50,161 bases of DNA, taken from positions 1-50,161 of the forward strand of contig JBBILD010000027.1 in NCBI GenBank assembly GCA_037445065.1, written 5' to 3'. The number at the start of each line of letters is the position of its first letter. The stretch's first letter is position 1. Positions 10,448-19,072 of this stretch are shown here, piece after piece. This DNA is from Myxococcales bacterium. GTDB lineage: Bacteria > Desulfobacterota > Binatia > HRBIN30. Both the position numbers and the translations under genes were made by a program. Under the pieces are notes generated by a model. The model did not search any database, was not told the origin of the DNA, and saw nothing but the letters and a program-made list of their open reading frames with translations.

Positions 10448-11845
10448 ATGGACGAAGCCAGAACACTCGGGGATCTCAAGCGTGCCGGTTACGAGGTGCT
10501 GCCGGTGCGTGAGGAAATGCGCCGCAATTTGCTCGCGCTCATGGCAAAGGGCGAGCCGTTGCTGCCGGGAATCATTGGCTTTGACGAGACCGTGATCCCC
10601 GAGATCGAGAACGCCATTTTAGCGGGACACCACATGGTGTTTCTCGGCGAGCGGGGACAGGGGAAGTCGCGCATCATTCGCTCGCTGGTGCGCTTGCTCG
10701 ACCCAGCAGTGCCGGCCGTTGCCGGTTGCCCGATTCACGACAACCCCTACCGGCCGATTTGCAAGCAGTGCCGCGAGCAACTGGCTCGGCTGGGTGACGA
10801 GCTGCCGATCGCGTGGATCGAGCGCGAGCAGCGCTACGGAGAGAAACTCGCTACTCCGGACGTATCCATCGCGGATCTGATCGGCGAGATCGATCCGGTC
10901 AAGGTTGCGGAGGGCCGCTACTTGGCCGACGAGGACACCATCCACTTTGGCATCATCCCGCGCACCAATCGCGGTATTTTCGCCATCAACGAGCTTCCCG
11001 ACCTGACGGAGAAAGTTCAGGTGGGCTTGTTCAACCTCATGGAAGAGCGGGACATCCAGATCAAAGGTTACAAAATCCGCCTGCCGCTCGACATCGTGAT
11101 CGTGGCCAGCGCCAACCCGGAGGACTACACCAATCGCGGCCGCATCATTACCCCGCTCAAGGATCGCTTCGACGTCCAGATCCGCACCCATTACCCGCTG
11201 CGCTTGGAGGACGAGATCGCCATCATGGAGCAGGAAGCCACTCGCTTGCGCTCCGGATCGCGCCCCGTGGCTGTGCCGCAGTTTCTCAAGGAAATCGTCG
11301 CCCAGTTGACCTTCGAAGCGCGCGCCAGCAACGAGGTCAATCAGACCTCGGGGGTGAGCGTGCGTACCTCGATCAACAACTACGAGAGTCTGATTAGTAA
11401 CGCCGAGAAACGTGCTGTGCGCAACAACGAACCCGAAATCGTGCCGCGCTTGAGCGACCTGCCTGCCCTGCTCGCCTCTACTGCTGGAAAAATCGAGGTC
11501 GAGTATATGGGCGAGGAACGCCGCGCTTCGGACTTGTTCGAGCGGCTGCTCAACCGTGCTGTCCGCCAAGTCTTCGACCGCTGGTGCAAGGTGGACGACC
11601 TCAAGCCCATTCTCACGTACTTTCAAGAGGGCGGCGGTGTGGAAGTGTCGGACGCGATGCCAGCCGAGGAGTACTTGGAAGGTATCCGTGTGATCCCTGG
11701 CTTGGAGCGAGCTGTCGGGTTGGTGGGCGGGCTCGAAAACCCGGGGTTTATTGCAGCCGCAACCGAGTTTTTGCTGGAGGGATTGCACCTGCATCAGAAG
11801 CTCAACAAAGACCGGCAGGGTGGCCGCTTTAGCTACCACCTTTGA
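10448..11845 (+). CDS. ChlI-like AAA+ ATPase ('magnesium chelatase' family, Rv0958-like)
   Basis: GERGQGKS Walker A, RYGEKLATPD, INELPDL, SANPEDYTNRGRIITPLKDRF. Confidence 0.88.
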   Translation: MDEARTLGDLKRAGYEVLPVREEMRRNLLALMAKGEPLLPGIIGFDETVIPEIENAILAGHHMVFLGERGQGKSRIIRSLVRLLDPAVPAVAGCPIHDNPYRPICKQCREQLARLGDELPIAWIEREQRYGEKLATPDVSIADLIGEIDPVKVAEGRYLADEDTIHFGIIPRTNRGIFAINELPDLTEKVQVGLFNLMEERDIQIKGYKIRLPLDIVIVASANPEDYTNRGRIITPLKDRFDVQIRTHYPLRLEDEIAIMEQEATRLRSGSRPVAVPQFLKEIVAQLTFEARASNEVNQTSGVSVRTSINNYESLISNAEKRAVRNNEPEIVPRLSDLPALLASTAGKIEVEYMGEERRASDLFERLLNRAVRQVFDRWCKVDDLKPILTYFQEGGGVEVSDAMPAEEYLEGIRVIPGLERAVGLVGGLENPGFIAAATEFLLEGLHLHQKLNKDRQGGRFSYHL

Positions 11846-11860
11846 GTGGAGAGTCCAGCC

Positions 11861-13453
11861 ATGATCGTGACCCGCTACACCGAATGGGACGGCACCCAGA
11901 AGGTCCACCTGGATGCCGAGCGGGTCTTCGACCAACTCGCCCGCTACCTGTCCGAAACCGAAAACGTGCAGGAAGCGCTGGACTTCCTGCTCCGCCATGG
12001 TTTCGAGTGGGAAGGGGTGCAGGTAATCGGGTGGGAAGATTTGCTCGCCATGGTGCGAGAGCAGATCGAGCAGCGGCTGCGCGACTACGATCTGCGTTCG
12101 GCACTCGACGATGCCCGTCACCGGCTGGACGAACTCATTGAAAGCGAGCGCGATAAGCTGCGCGAGCGAGTCGCGGAACAGCGCGAGCTAGAACGCAAAC
12201 TCGACTTTCTCGACGGGCTTTCGCCCTTGCCCGGTACAGCCTTGCAGCAGTTGCGCGACTACCAGTTCGAAGACGAAGACGCCGCGGAAGAGTTTCAGTA
12301 CCGCGCCGAAGAGCTGGAGGATGCCGAAGCACTGGAGCGCTTCTTCGAGCAGTACGGTTCGTTGTTTCGCGGCAAACAGCCGCTCAGCTACGAAGACGCT
12401 GTCGAACTCATGCACGAGTTTCAGCGGCTCAAAGAGCTCGAAGAGCACTTGGCGCAAGGCCAGTTGGACCGCGTGGATGTCGAGACCTTACGCGAACTCC
12501 TGGGTGTGGAGGCGGTGTTGGACTTCCAACGGCTGCGGCAAATGCAGGCCTTGCTCGAACAGGCCGGCTACTTGCTGCGCCGCGGGGAGCGGGTGCAACT
12601 CTCCCCGAAGGGGGTGCGGCGATTGGGCCAGCTCGCCTTGCGGGATATTTACCAGGGGCTCTTGCGCGATCGGGCTGGTGGTCACGGCACGGACTTTCGC
12701 GGGCAAGCGCAAATGCGACCGGAAAGCACACACCGCCTGCAGTTCGGCGACCCCATGTACCTCGACCTAGTTCAGACACTGAAAAACGCCGTCGCACGCC
12801 GACCGGGCACCCCGGTCGAACTCGAACCGGGTGACTTCGAGGTGTTCTCTCTCGACCACTCGACGACCACCTCTACCGTGCTGCTCCTCGACATGAGCTG
12901 GTCAATGAGTTGGGAGGGTCGCTTTTCCGCCGCCAAGCGCGTGGCCCTCGCCCTCGAGGAGTTGGTGCGCACCCGTTTCCCGCGCGACTATTTGGGCATC
13001 GTCGGCTTTTACACGCGGGCGGTGGAAATCCGGCCGCGGGACTTGCCCGAGGTGAGTTGGAACATGGGAGATCCGTTCACGAATCTGCAAGATGGTTTGC
13101 GCCTGGCCACGCGCTTACTCGACCTCCACCCCGCCGCCAACCGTCACATGATCGTCATTACCGATGGCCAGCCCACCGCGTACTTTTCGCGCGGACGGCT
13201 GTACTGCGAGTGGCCCTTGTCCTTTGGTGGTATCAGCATGCGTGCTGCCCAAGAAACCTTGCGCGAAGTGGAGCGGGTGACGCGAAAAGGGATCGTGATC
13301 AACACGTTCATGCTGGATGACAGCCCTGCCTTGCGCGCCTTCGTGGAGCGGATGACCCGTATCAACCGCGGGCGCGCGCTGTATACCGATCCTGCGCACT
13401 TGGGGCAGTACCTGCTGGTTGACTACCTCGGGCGCAAGCGCAAGCGGGTTTGA
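11861..13453 (+). CDS. VWA-domain protein (Rv0959-like partner of the AAA+ ATPase)
   Basis: N-terminal RYTEWDGTQ; MIDAS DMSWSM, TNLQDGL, ITDGQPTA. Confidence 0.88.
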   Translation: MIVTRYTEWDGTQKVHLDAERVFDQLARYLSETENVQEALDFLLRHGFEWEGVQVIGWEDLLAMVREQIEQRLRDYDLRSALDDARHRLDELIESERDKLRERVAEQRELERKLDFLDGLSPLPGTALQQLRDYQFEDEDAAEEFQYRAEELEDAEALERFFEQYGSLFRGKQPLSYEDAVELMHEFQRLKELEEHLAQGQLDRVDVETLRELLGVEAVLDFQRLRQMQALLEQAGYLLRRGERVQLSPKGVRRLGQLALRDIYQGLLRDRAGGHGTDFRGQAQMRPESTHRLQFGDPMYLDLVQTLKNAVARRPGTPVELEPGDFEVFSLDHSTTTSTVLLLDMSWSMSWEGRFSAAKRVALALEELVRTRFPRDYLGIVGFYTRAVEIRPRDLPEVSWNMGDPFTNLQDGLRLATRLLDLHPAANRHMIVITDGQPTAYFSRGRLYCEWPLSFGGISMRAAQETLREVERVTRKGIVINTFMLDDSPALRAFVERMTRINRGRALYTDPAHLGQYLLVDYLGRKRKRV

Positions 13454-13529
13454 GTCTCGCCGCATCGACTCGTCCGCGCCCTTGTGGCAGATGCGGCAGA
13501 ACACCGAGTCGCAAGGGGAGGAATGGCAG

Positions 13530-14741
13530 ATGCCGATGCCGTTAGAAGGGATCCGCGTGATTGACTGGACCATCTGGCAGCAGGGCCCGGTGTGTTCCGT
13601 CATGCTGGGAGATTTGGGGGCGGAAGTGATCAAAGTCGAGGAGCGGCAAAGCGGCGATCCGGGCCGCGGCATCCTCAAGATGAGCGGCATCGACTTGTCC
13701 GACCGCCCGAACTTTTACTTCGAGGCCAACAATCGCAACAAAAAGGGCATCGCGATTGATCTGAAAAAGGAGGAAGGGCGCAAGATTCTCTACCGCTTGG
13801 TGGAGAAGTCCGACGTCTTCGTGCAGAATTTTCGGTTAGGGGTCGCCGAACGACTCGGGTTTGGATACGAGGAGCTGCGCCGGCGTAACCCGCGCTTGAT
13901 ATACGCCAGCGCTACTGGCTACGGCCCGCTCGGCCCGGAGAGCGAGGATCCCTCGTTCGATCAGATGGGGCTCGCGCGCTCCGGATTCATGTATGCCGTG
14001 GGCGAGCCGGATATGCCTCCGTTGCAGGTGGCTGGCGGCATTGCCGATCAAATGGGAGCCATCATGCTTGCCTACGGAGTGCTCGCCGCCTTGCTCGCGC
14101 GCGAGCGCTACGGGGTGGGACAGAAGGTGGATGCCTCGCATTTAGGGAGCATGATTTGGTTGCAAGGTTTGTCGGTGGCTTCGCGCCTGATGATGGGCTT
14201 TGCCATCCCGCGCATGTCGCGGCTCTACGCTGCCAACCCCCTTTGGAACCATTACCGGTGTCAGGACGGGTTGTGGATTTGCTTGGGCATGCTCCAGCCC
14301 GACCGCTATTGGGCAGACTTCGTGCGCGTCCTCGGGCGCCCAGAGCTGGCAACCGACCCGCGCTTTTCCGAGCTGCGCGCCAGAGCCGCGCACGCTGCGG
14401 AGGCCGTGGCCATCCTCGACGAGATTTTTGCCTCGCAGCCGCGCTCGTACTGGGTGGAGCGGTTGCGCCAAGGGGGCGACTTCATTTTTACGGTGGTCAA
14501 TACGGTGGACGATTTACCGAACGATCCTCAGGTCCAGGCAAACCGGTACGTGGCGGACTTCGAACACCCGGCCTTTGGCCGCACCCAGGTGGTTGGGATT
14601 CCCGTGCAACTGAGCGAAACGCCGGGGGCGATTCGCTCTGCAGCCCCCGAGTTCGGCCAGCACACGGAAGAGATCCTCACCGGACTCCTCGGCTACTCCT
14701 GGGAGGAGATCGCCCGCCTCAAGGAACGCGAAGTGATCTAA
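13530..14741 (+). CDS. Family III CoA transferase (CaiB/BaiF)
   Basis: PLEGIRVID...LGDLGAEVIKVE, NRNKKGIAIDLK, DVFVQNFR, APEFGQHTEEIL. Confidence 0.93.
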   Translation: MPMPLEGIRVIDWTIWQQGPVCSVMLGDLGAEVIKVEERQSGDPGRGILKMSGIDLSDRPNFYFEANNRNKKGIAIDLKKEEGRKILYRLVEKSDVFVQNFRLGVAERLGFGYEELRRRNPRLIYASATGYGPLGPESEDPSFDQMGLARSGFMYAVGEPDMPPLQVAGGIADQMGAIMLAYGVLAALLARERYGVGQKVDASHLGSMIWLQGLSVASRLMMGFAIPRMSRLYAANPLWNHYRCQDGLWICLGMLQPDRYWADFVRVLGRPELATDPRFSELRARAAHAAEAVAILDEIFASQPRSYWVERLRQGGDFIFTVVNTVDDLPNDPQVQANRYVADFEHPAFGRTQVVGIPVQLSETPGAIRSAAPEFGQHTEEILTGLLGYSWEEIARLKEREVI

Positions 14742-16081
14742 CGGTTTTGGCCGGCGGCGGGTTGGCGCGGGTAGCGCTGCTGTACCCACTCCAAGGCTTG
14801 CTCTCGGTTTTGCAACTGGCCCTCCAGTTGCGCCTCGCGCACGGCGCGCAAGATCATCCCAAGGTGCGGCCCTGGCTCGTAGCCCGCAGCGAGCAGGTCC
14901 CGCCCGAGCAGGAGCGGGGGTGCGGGGAGACCTTGGGCGCGGAACTCCGCCAGCTTGGCGCGGCAAAATTCGTAGGTAGCCAGGTTCCCGTTCGACGCCA
15001 AAACGTCCATGCGGATGAGTTCGAGCAGCTCGTCGATACCCTCGCGCAGCAAGAACTTTTTCAATGTCGAGGGCCGCATTTCCTGGGCGTGGATGTGGTG
15101 CAGGTGCTCGCGCACGAGGAATTCCACTCGTTCCCGGGTCGCACGGCTGCGGCGTAAACGCTGGCAGACGGCTACCGCCATGCGGGCGCCCAGCTCGCAG
15201 TGGCCAACAAACGTGATCTTGCCGTTGACTCGCTGCTGGGTGGCGGGCTTGCCAATGTCGTGGAGCAGGCCACCGAAGGCCAACGTTTCGCTGGGCTGCT
15301 CGAATTGAGCGAGCACGCGCAGGGTGTGCTCCCAGACGTCTCCCTCGGGATGGTAGACGGGCGATTGCTCCACTCCTTGGAGCGCGGCCACCTCCGGCAG
15401 CACATGCACCAGGAGGCCGGTCGAATCGAGCAACTCGAAAGCGCGCCGTGCCGAACCGGAGCTGCTCTCGGTGAGCATGCGCACGATCTCGTCCCCGATC
15501 CTTTCCCAGGCAATGCCGGTGATCGTGTGCGCATGCTGGCGCACGGCGGCGAAGGTTTCCGGATCGATGTCGAAGCCCAGGGTGGCAGCGAACCGCACCG
15601 CGCGCAGCATTCTCAGCCGATCCTCGCCGATGCGCGTATGCGGGTCCCCGATGGCTCGAACGCGGCGACGGGCGAGATCCTCTTGGCCGCCTACAAAGTC
15701 GAGCACCGCGTTGGTGGCCGGATCTAAAAACATCCCGTTGATGGTGAAATCCCGGCGCAAGGCATCCTCGCGTGGGCTGGCAAAGCGCACGGCCGAAGGC
15801 CGCCGCCCGTCCTCGTACCGCTCGTCTACCCGAAAGGTGGCCACCTCGATTGCTGGCCCAAAGTCGCATACCAAGACGACCCCGAACTGGGCCCCCACCG
15901 GAACGGTATGGCGGAACAGACGCTGCACCTCAGGGCTTGGCGCGTCGGTGGCAACGTCGAAATCCTTGGGCTCCCGCCCGAGCAAAAAATCTCGAACGCA
16001 ACCACCGGCCAGGTAGGCGGTATACCCAGCCTCCCGCAGGCGGAGAGCGATCTGGCGGGCAGCGCGCTCCTTTTCGGACAT
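14738..16081 (-). CDS. cca: tRNA nucleotidyltransferase (CCA-adding family) with HD domain
   Basis: GGCVRD, KDFDVAT, RRDFTIN, EDRLRMLRAVRF, HPEGDVWEHT, LLHDIGKP. Confidence 0.9.
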   Translation of the reverse strand: MSEKERAARQIALRLREAGYTAYLAGGCVRDFLLGREPKDFDVATDAPSPEVQRLFRHTVPVGAQFGVVLVCDFGPAIEVATFRVDERYEDGRRPSAVRFASPREDALRRDFTINGMFLDPATNAVLDFVGGQEDLARRRVRAIGDPHTRIGEDRLRMLRAVRFAATLGFDIDPETFAAVRQHAHTITGIAWERIGDEIVRMLTESSSGSARRAFELLDSTGLLVHVLPEVAALQGVEQSPVYHPEGDVWEHTLRVLAQFEQPSETLAFGGLLHDIGKPATQQRVNGKITFVGHCELGARMAVAVCQRLRRSRATRERVEFLVREHLHHIHAQEMRPSTLKKFLLREGIDELLELIRMDVLASNGNLATYEFCRAKLAEFRAQGLPAPPLLLGRDLLAAGYEPGPHLGMILRAVREAQLEGQLQNREQALEWVQQRYPRQPAAGQNR

Positions 16082-16181
16082 GACTCCAGCATGGTCGCAA
16101 GGGCTCTTTGGGGGCGCAAGGGCGGCCCCGCTTGCCGAGGCAGCTTGCGGGCCCCCGCGGCGGTCGAGATAATGGTTAGGG

Positions 16182-16457
16182 ATGAGCTTCGAGCCTGTGC
16201 TTTCCCCGGAGGAAATTCGCCGCGAGCGCGCGAAAGCGCGCGAACTCCGCAATTCGCAGTGGTGGAAGCGCAAGCGCGGCCGCGGAGTCTGTCATTACTG
16301 TGGGCGGCGATTCCCTCCACGCGAGCTGACCATGGACCACCTGGTTCCCCTTGTGCGGGGTGGGCGCTCGACCAAGGGCAACCTGGTGCCCGCCTGCAAA
16401 GAGTGCAACGCGAAGAAAAAGTACCTCCTGGCCTTCGAGTTCGACCCCCAAGCCTGA
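16182..16457 (+). CDS. Small stand-alone HNH endonuclease (91 aa)
   Basis: CHYC...MDHLVPLVRGG.STKGNLVPACKECN zinc-binding HNH motif. Confidence 0.9.
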   Translation: MSFEPVLSPEEIRRERAKARELRNSQWWKRKRGRGVCHYCGRRFPPRELTMDHLVPLVRGGRSTKGNLVPACKECNAKKKYLLAFEFDPQA

Positions 16458-17164
16458 GCGAGTCGCGCAGACTCTCGGCTCGCCGGCGGTTTCCCCGACG
16501 TGCAACAGCCCAGCCGCGGGCTCGCGTGGAAAAAGGGCGAGCGCCCGACCCGAACGAGCCCGCTGGCGAGGGGCTGGGCCCGCTCAAACCGTGGTCGCTC
16601 AGCTAATGCTCGACGCCGCCACTTGCCGAGAGGGATCGCTCCTCGCAGCAGAGCGTACAAACCGATCGAGATTCGGTGCGGGCCGTACTTCGCCCAAGCC
16701 GCCTGCCTGAGAAGCCGGGCAGTGTGAGCGCCGCTCCGGAATTTCATGATCTGGAACAAGGAGCGAGCACGCGGAAGCACGGAGAACTGCGTAGAGTGAG
16801 GCTGCACAGAACGGGTCCCAAAATGCGCGGCGCCAACCGCTGGTTCGAGCTTCGAGCCGGTTTGACTCCCAATCCGTATCGGGTGACTCCAGAGTAGTCA
16901 CGGTGGCCGGAACGCCCCTCGTCTTTTGGGACCGCCGCTCGGTTGCCTGGAAGCAACGAGGCAGTTTCGAGCGGGCTACTTATCGCCCGTGCTTGATTCC
17001 CGCGCCGCCGATGGGGAAGCGACCGGCAGCGGACGGGGGTGGGGGAGACGCCAGATCCGCCGCCAGCCGCTCGCCATCGGTGTTCACCGGAGGTCGCTAC
17101 CCGGTAAGCACCCGAGGAGTCCGGGCAGCTCTACCCGCGGGAAAACCGAAAACAATCTTCGAAC

Positions 17165-17392
17165 TCAGGCTTTTCCCTCTACAGCGGAGTGCAAGTTCAC
17201 GAGGGCGAAATAGAGCTCTTCCAGCGACTGGTACCGCCCTGCCTCTGGAGAATCGCAGCAGAAGTCCCCCAAGTCGATGGTAAAACCCCAGCGCTCGTCT
17301 CCGTACACGGGAAACACCTCGTTTCCCACACGTAAGAGCTGGGCGCGCATGACCCCTGGCTGACGGTGGCGAGTTCTCCGATCGCTTTCCAT
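17165..17392 (-). CDS. Hypothetical 75-aa protein (MESDRR...[50 protein letters not shown])
   Basis: AGAAGGAGG Shine-Dalgarno 8 nt before the ATG, protein-like composition, sigma54-type promoter just upstream; it is the 3' part of the ORF-track entry 17165..17935. Confidence 0.65.
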   Translation of the reverse strand: MESDRRTRHRQPGVMRAQLLRVGNEVFPVYGDERWGFTIDLGDFCCDSPEAGRYQSLEELYFALVNLHSAVEGKA

Positions 17393-17423
17393 ATCGCGCC
17401 CTCCTTCTGGAGGCGCGAGGCGC

Positions 17424-17440
17424 AGCGAAGCTCGTGCCAG
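17424..17440 (-). promoter_or_regulatory. Putative sigma54 (-24/-12) promoter
   Basis: Minus strand reads CTGGCACGAGCTTCGCT, matching TGGCACG-N4-TTGC(T) with correct GG-N10-GC spacing and one mismatch. Confidence 0.6.
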
Positions 17441-17565
17441 GTTGTGCGCTTCGTACCGGCGCATTTGCCTCGCGCGAGCGGCAACGCGGGCAACGATACG
17501 GTTGCCACACTGTCGCAAAAGCGCAACGTGGAGCCGCAAAGCGGCCACTGGGCTTCCCCGCCCCC

Positions 17566-17790
17566 GCACGGGCGGCCCTTGTGGGCGCGTGGTGCGCTTC
17601 GGCATTGGTGGTCCAGTCGTGCACGCGACACCGACAACGGGTGCGGTGCCTGGACCGCGAGGCGGCATCTGGTCCGATTCGAAAGACGGGCAGGCACAAG
17701 ACCTGCCCCTACATCTTCTTTGCGACAGTCCGTCAGCAGAAGGCCACGCATGCTTCCGGCGCGGTGTAGAGGCGGCCCTAGGGGCCGCCC
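17566..17790. repeat. GTAG-family REP cluster 1
   Basis: Degenerate copy at about 17566-17590, reverse copy GGGCAGGCACAAGACCTGCCCCTAC at 17688-17712, forward GTAGAGGCGGCCCTAGGGGCCGCCC at 17766-17790. Confidence 0.75.
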
Positions 17791-18265
17791 GTGGCGCCGC
17801 CGGCCCCGCGTGTCGATAAGGCGCGGACCCGCACCAGAATGCGCTGTGTGCTGCCTCGCGTCTCCAGCCCCACGCTGCCGCGCGACTCTGTACCCGTTGC
17901 GGCCACGCAATCCGGCAGCAGGACGTCCACGCCATCTCCCCCGACAGTCCCCCCGAAGGCAGCCGGGTGATCTGAGCACGGGGAGACGCTCGCCGGCCTA
18001 CGAGCAGCTGTACGCCAGCCTCCAGACAGGACTGACCGGCAACGACCCGTCTCGGGGCCGAGCCTGGAGAGGCAAGCCATTGCCTGAATCATCCCCCGTG
18101 GGGTCGGCTCGCGTCCGGCGTCCTGGCGCGGGCCTTGCCCGCGGTGGCTGCGGGGGTACCCGCTCACTGGACGCCGACCCAGGCCGGAGGGGCGGTTCGC
18201 TCGGCGGTCTCCCGAAGATGTGCAGGAGGTGCACGGCACGAGAGGTTTTTGCTAAGCGGCCGCGA

Positions 18266-19066
18266 GTGTCCCTAGTTCCCTTTTATCTACCTGTTGCCGA
18301 CGAAGTCGAAGTCTTTCGTGCTGCTTACCAGTGCCGCTTGCCCGTTTTGCTCAAAGGGCCGACGGGTTGTGGCAAGACCCGCTTCGTAGAGTATATGGCA
18401 GCCACGCTCCGTCCGGGTGAGGGCCAGGGCGGCCCCCATCTCGTCACTGTGGCTTGTCATGAGGACCTGACCGGGAGCGACTTGGTCGGTCGTTACCTCA
18501 TCAAGGGCGACGAAACGGTGTGGGTGGACGGGCCGCTCACCCAAGCCGTTCGCTGCGGCGCGATTTGTTACTTGGACGAGATCGTGGAGGCCCGCAAAGA
18601 TACCATGGTCTTGATCCACCCGCTCACCGACCACCGCCGGATCTTGCCCATTGACAAGCGGGGCGAGATCCTGGAGGCGCATCCTGACTTCCTGCTGGTG
18701 ATTTCGTACAACCCCGGGTACCAGAGCGTCCTCAAGGACCTCAAACACTCCACCCGCCAACGCTTCGTTACCATCAACTTCGATTACCCGCCCAGGGAAA
18801 AAGAAGCACAGGTCATTGCCCACGAGGCGGGGGTGGACTTGGATCTCGCGCTCAGTCTTGCCACGTTGGGCGAGAAGGTCCGGCACCTGAAAGCATCAGG
18901 GTTGGAAGAAGGGGTAAGCACACGCTTGCTGATTTACGCGGCGCAACTGATCCGAGAAGGCATAGTCCCGCGCCGAGCCTGCCAAGTGGCAGTGAGTACA
19001 TCGCTTACGGACGACGCGGAAGCGCAGCGCGCAATCGACGCGCTTGCAGGTACCTTGTTTTCGTGA
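18266..19066 (+). CDS. CbbQ/NirQ/NorQ family MoxR-type AAA+ ATPase
   Basis: PFYLP...[58 protein letters not shown] start inferred. Confidence 0.92.
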   Translation: MSLVPFYLPVADEVEVFRAAYQCRLPVLLKGPTGCGKTRFVEYMAATLRPGEGQGGPHLVTVACHEDLTGSDLVGRYLIKGDETVWVDGPLTQAVRCGAICYLDEIVEARKDTMVLIHPLTDHRRILPIDKRGEILEAHPDFLLVISYNPGYQSVLKDLKHSTRQRFVTINFDYPPREKEAQVIAHEAGVDLDLALSLATLGEKVRHLKASGLEEGVSTRLLIYAAQLIREGIVPRRACQVAVSTSLTDDAEAQRAIDALAGTLFS

Positions 19067-19072
19067 GCCGAC

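Noticed and set aside
10619..12121. Long antisense ORFs (also 40822..42411, 39649..40764, 14514..15869 and many others)
   Set aside because: Shadow ORFs of real genes in high-GC DNA, with no recognisable motifs.
16182..16457. HNH as an IscB/Cas9-like effector
   Set aside because: Only 91 aa, with no RuvC or PLMP segments, and 33 kb from the CRISPR repeat.
17111..17130. GAGGAGTCCGGGC resembling the RNase P motif GAGGAAAGTCCGGGC
   Set aside because: It lacks the AAA, I found no downstream ACAGAA..CGGCTTA partner, and the following sequence is antisense to a likely CDS.
18234..18253. Possible sigma54 promoter CGGCACG...TTTGCT before norQ
   Set aside because: GG-to-GC spacing is 14 nt rather than the required 10.
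17366..18265. 300-aa N-terminal extension of the CbbQ/NorQ ORF
   Set aside because: Arg/Pro-rich text running through REPs; family similarity begins only at about 18266.
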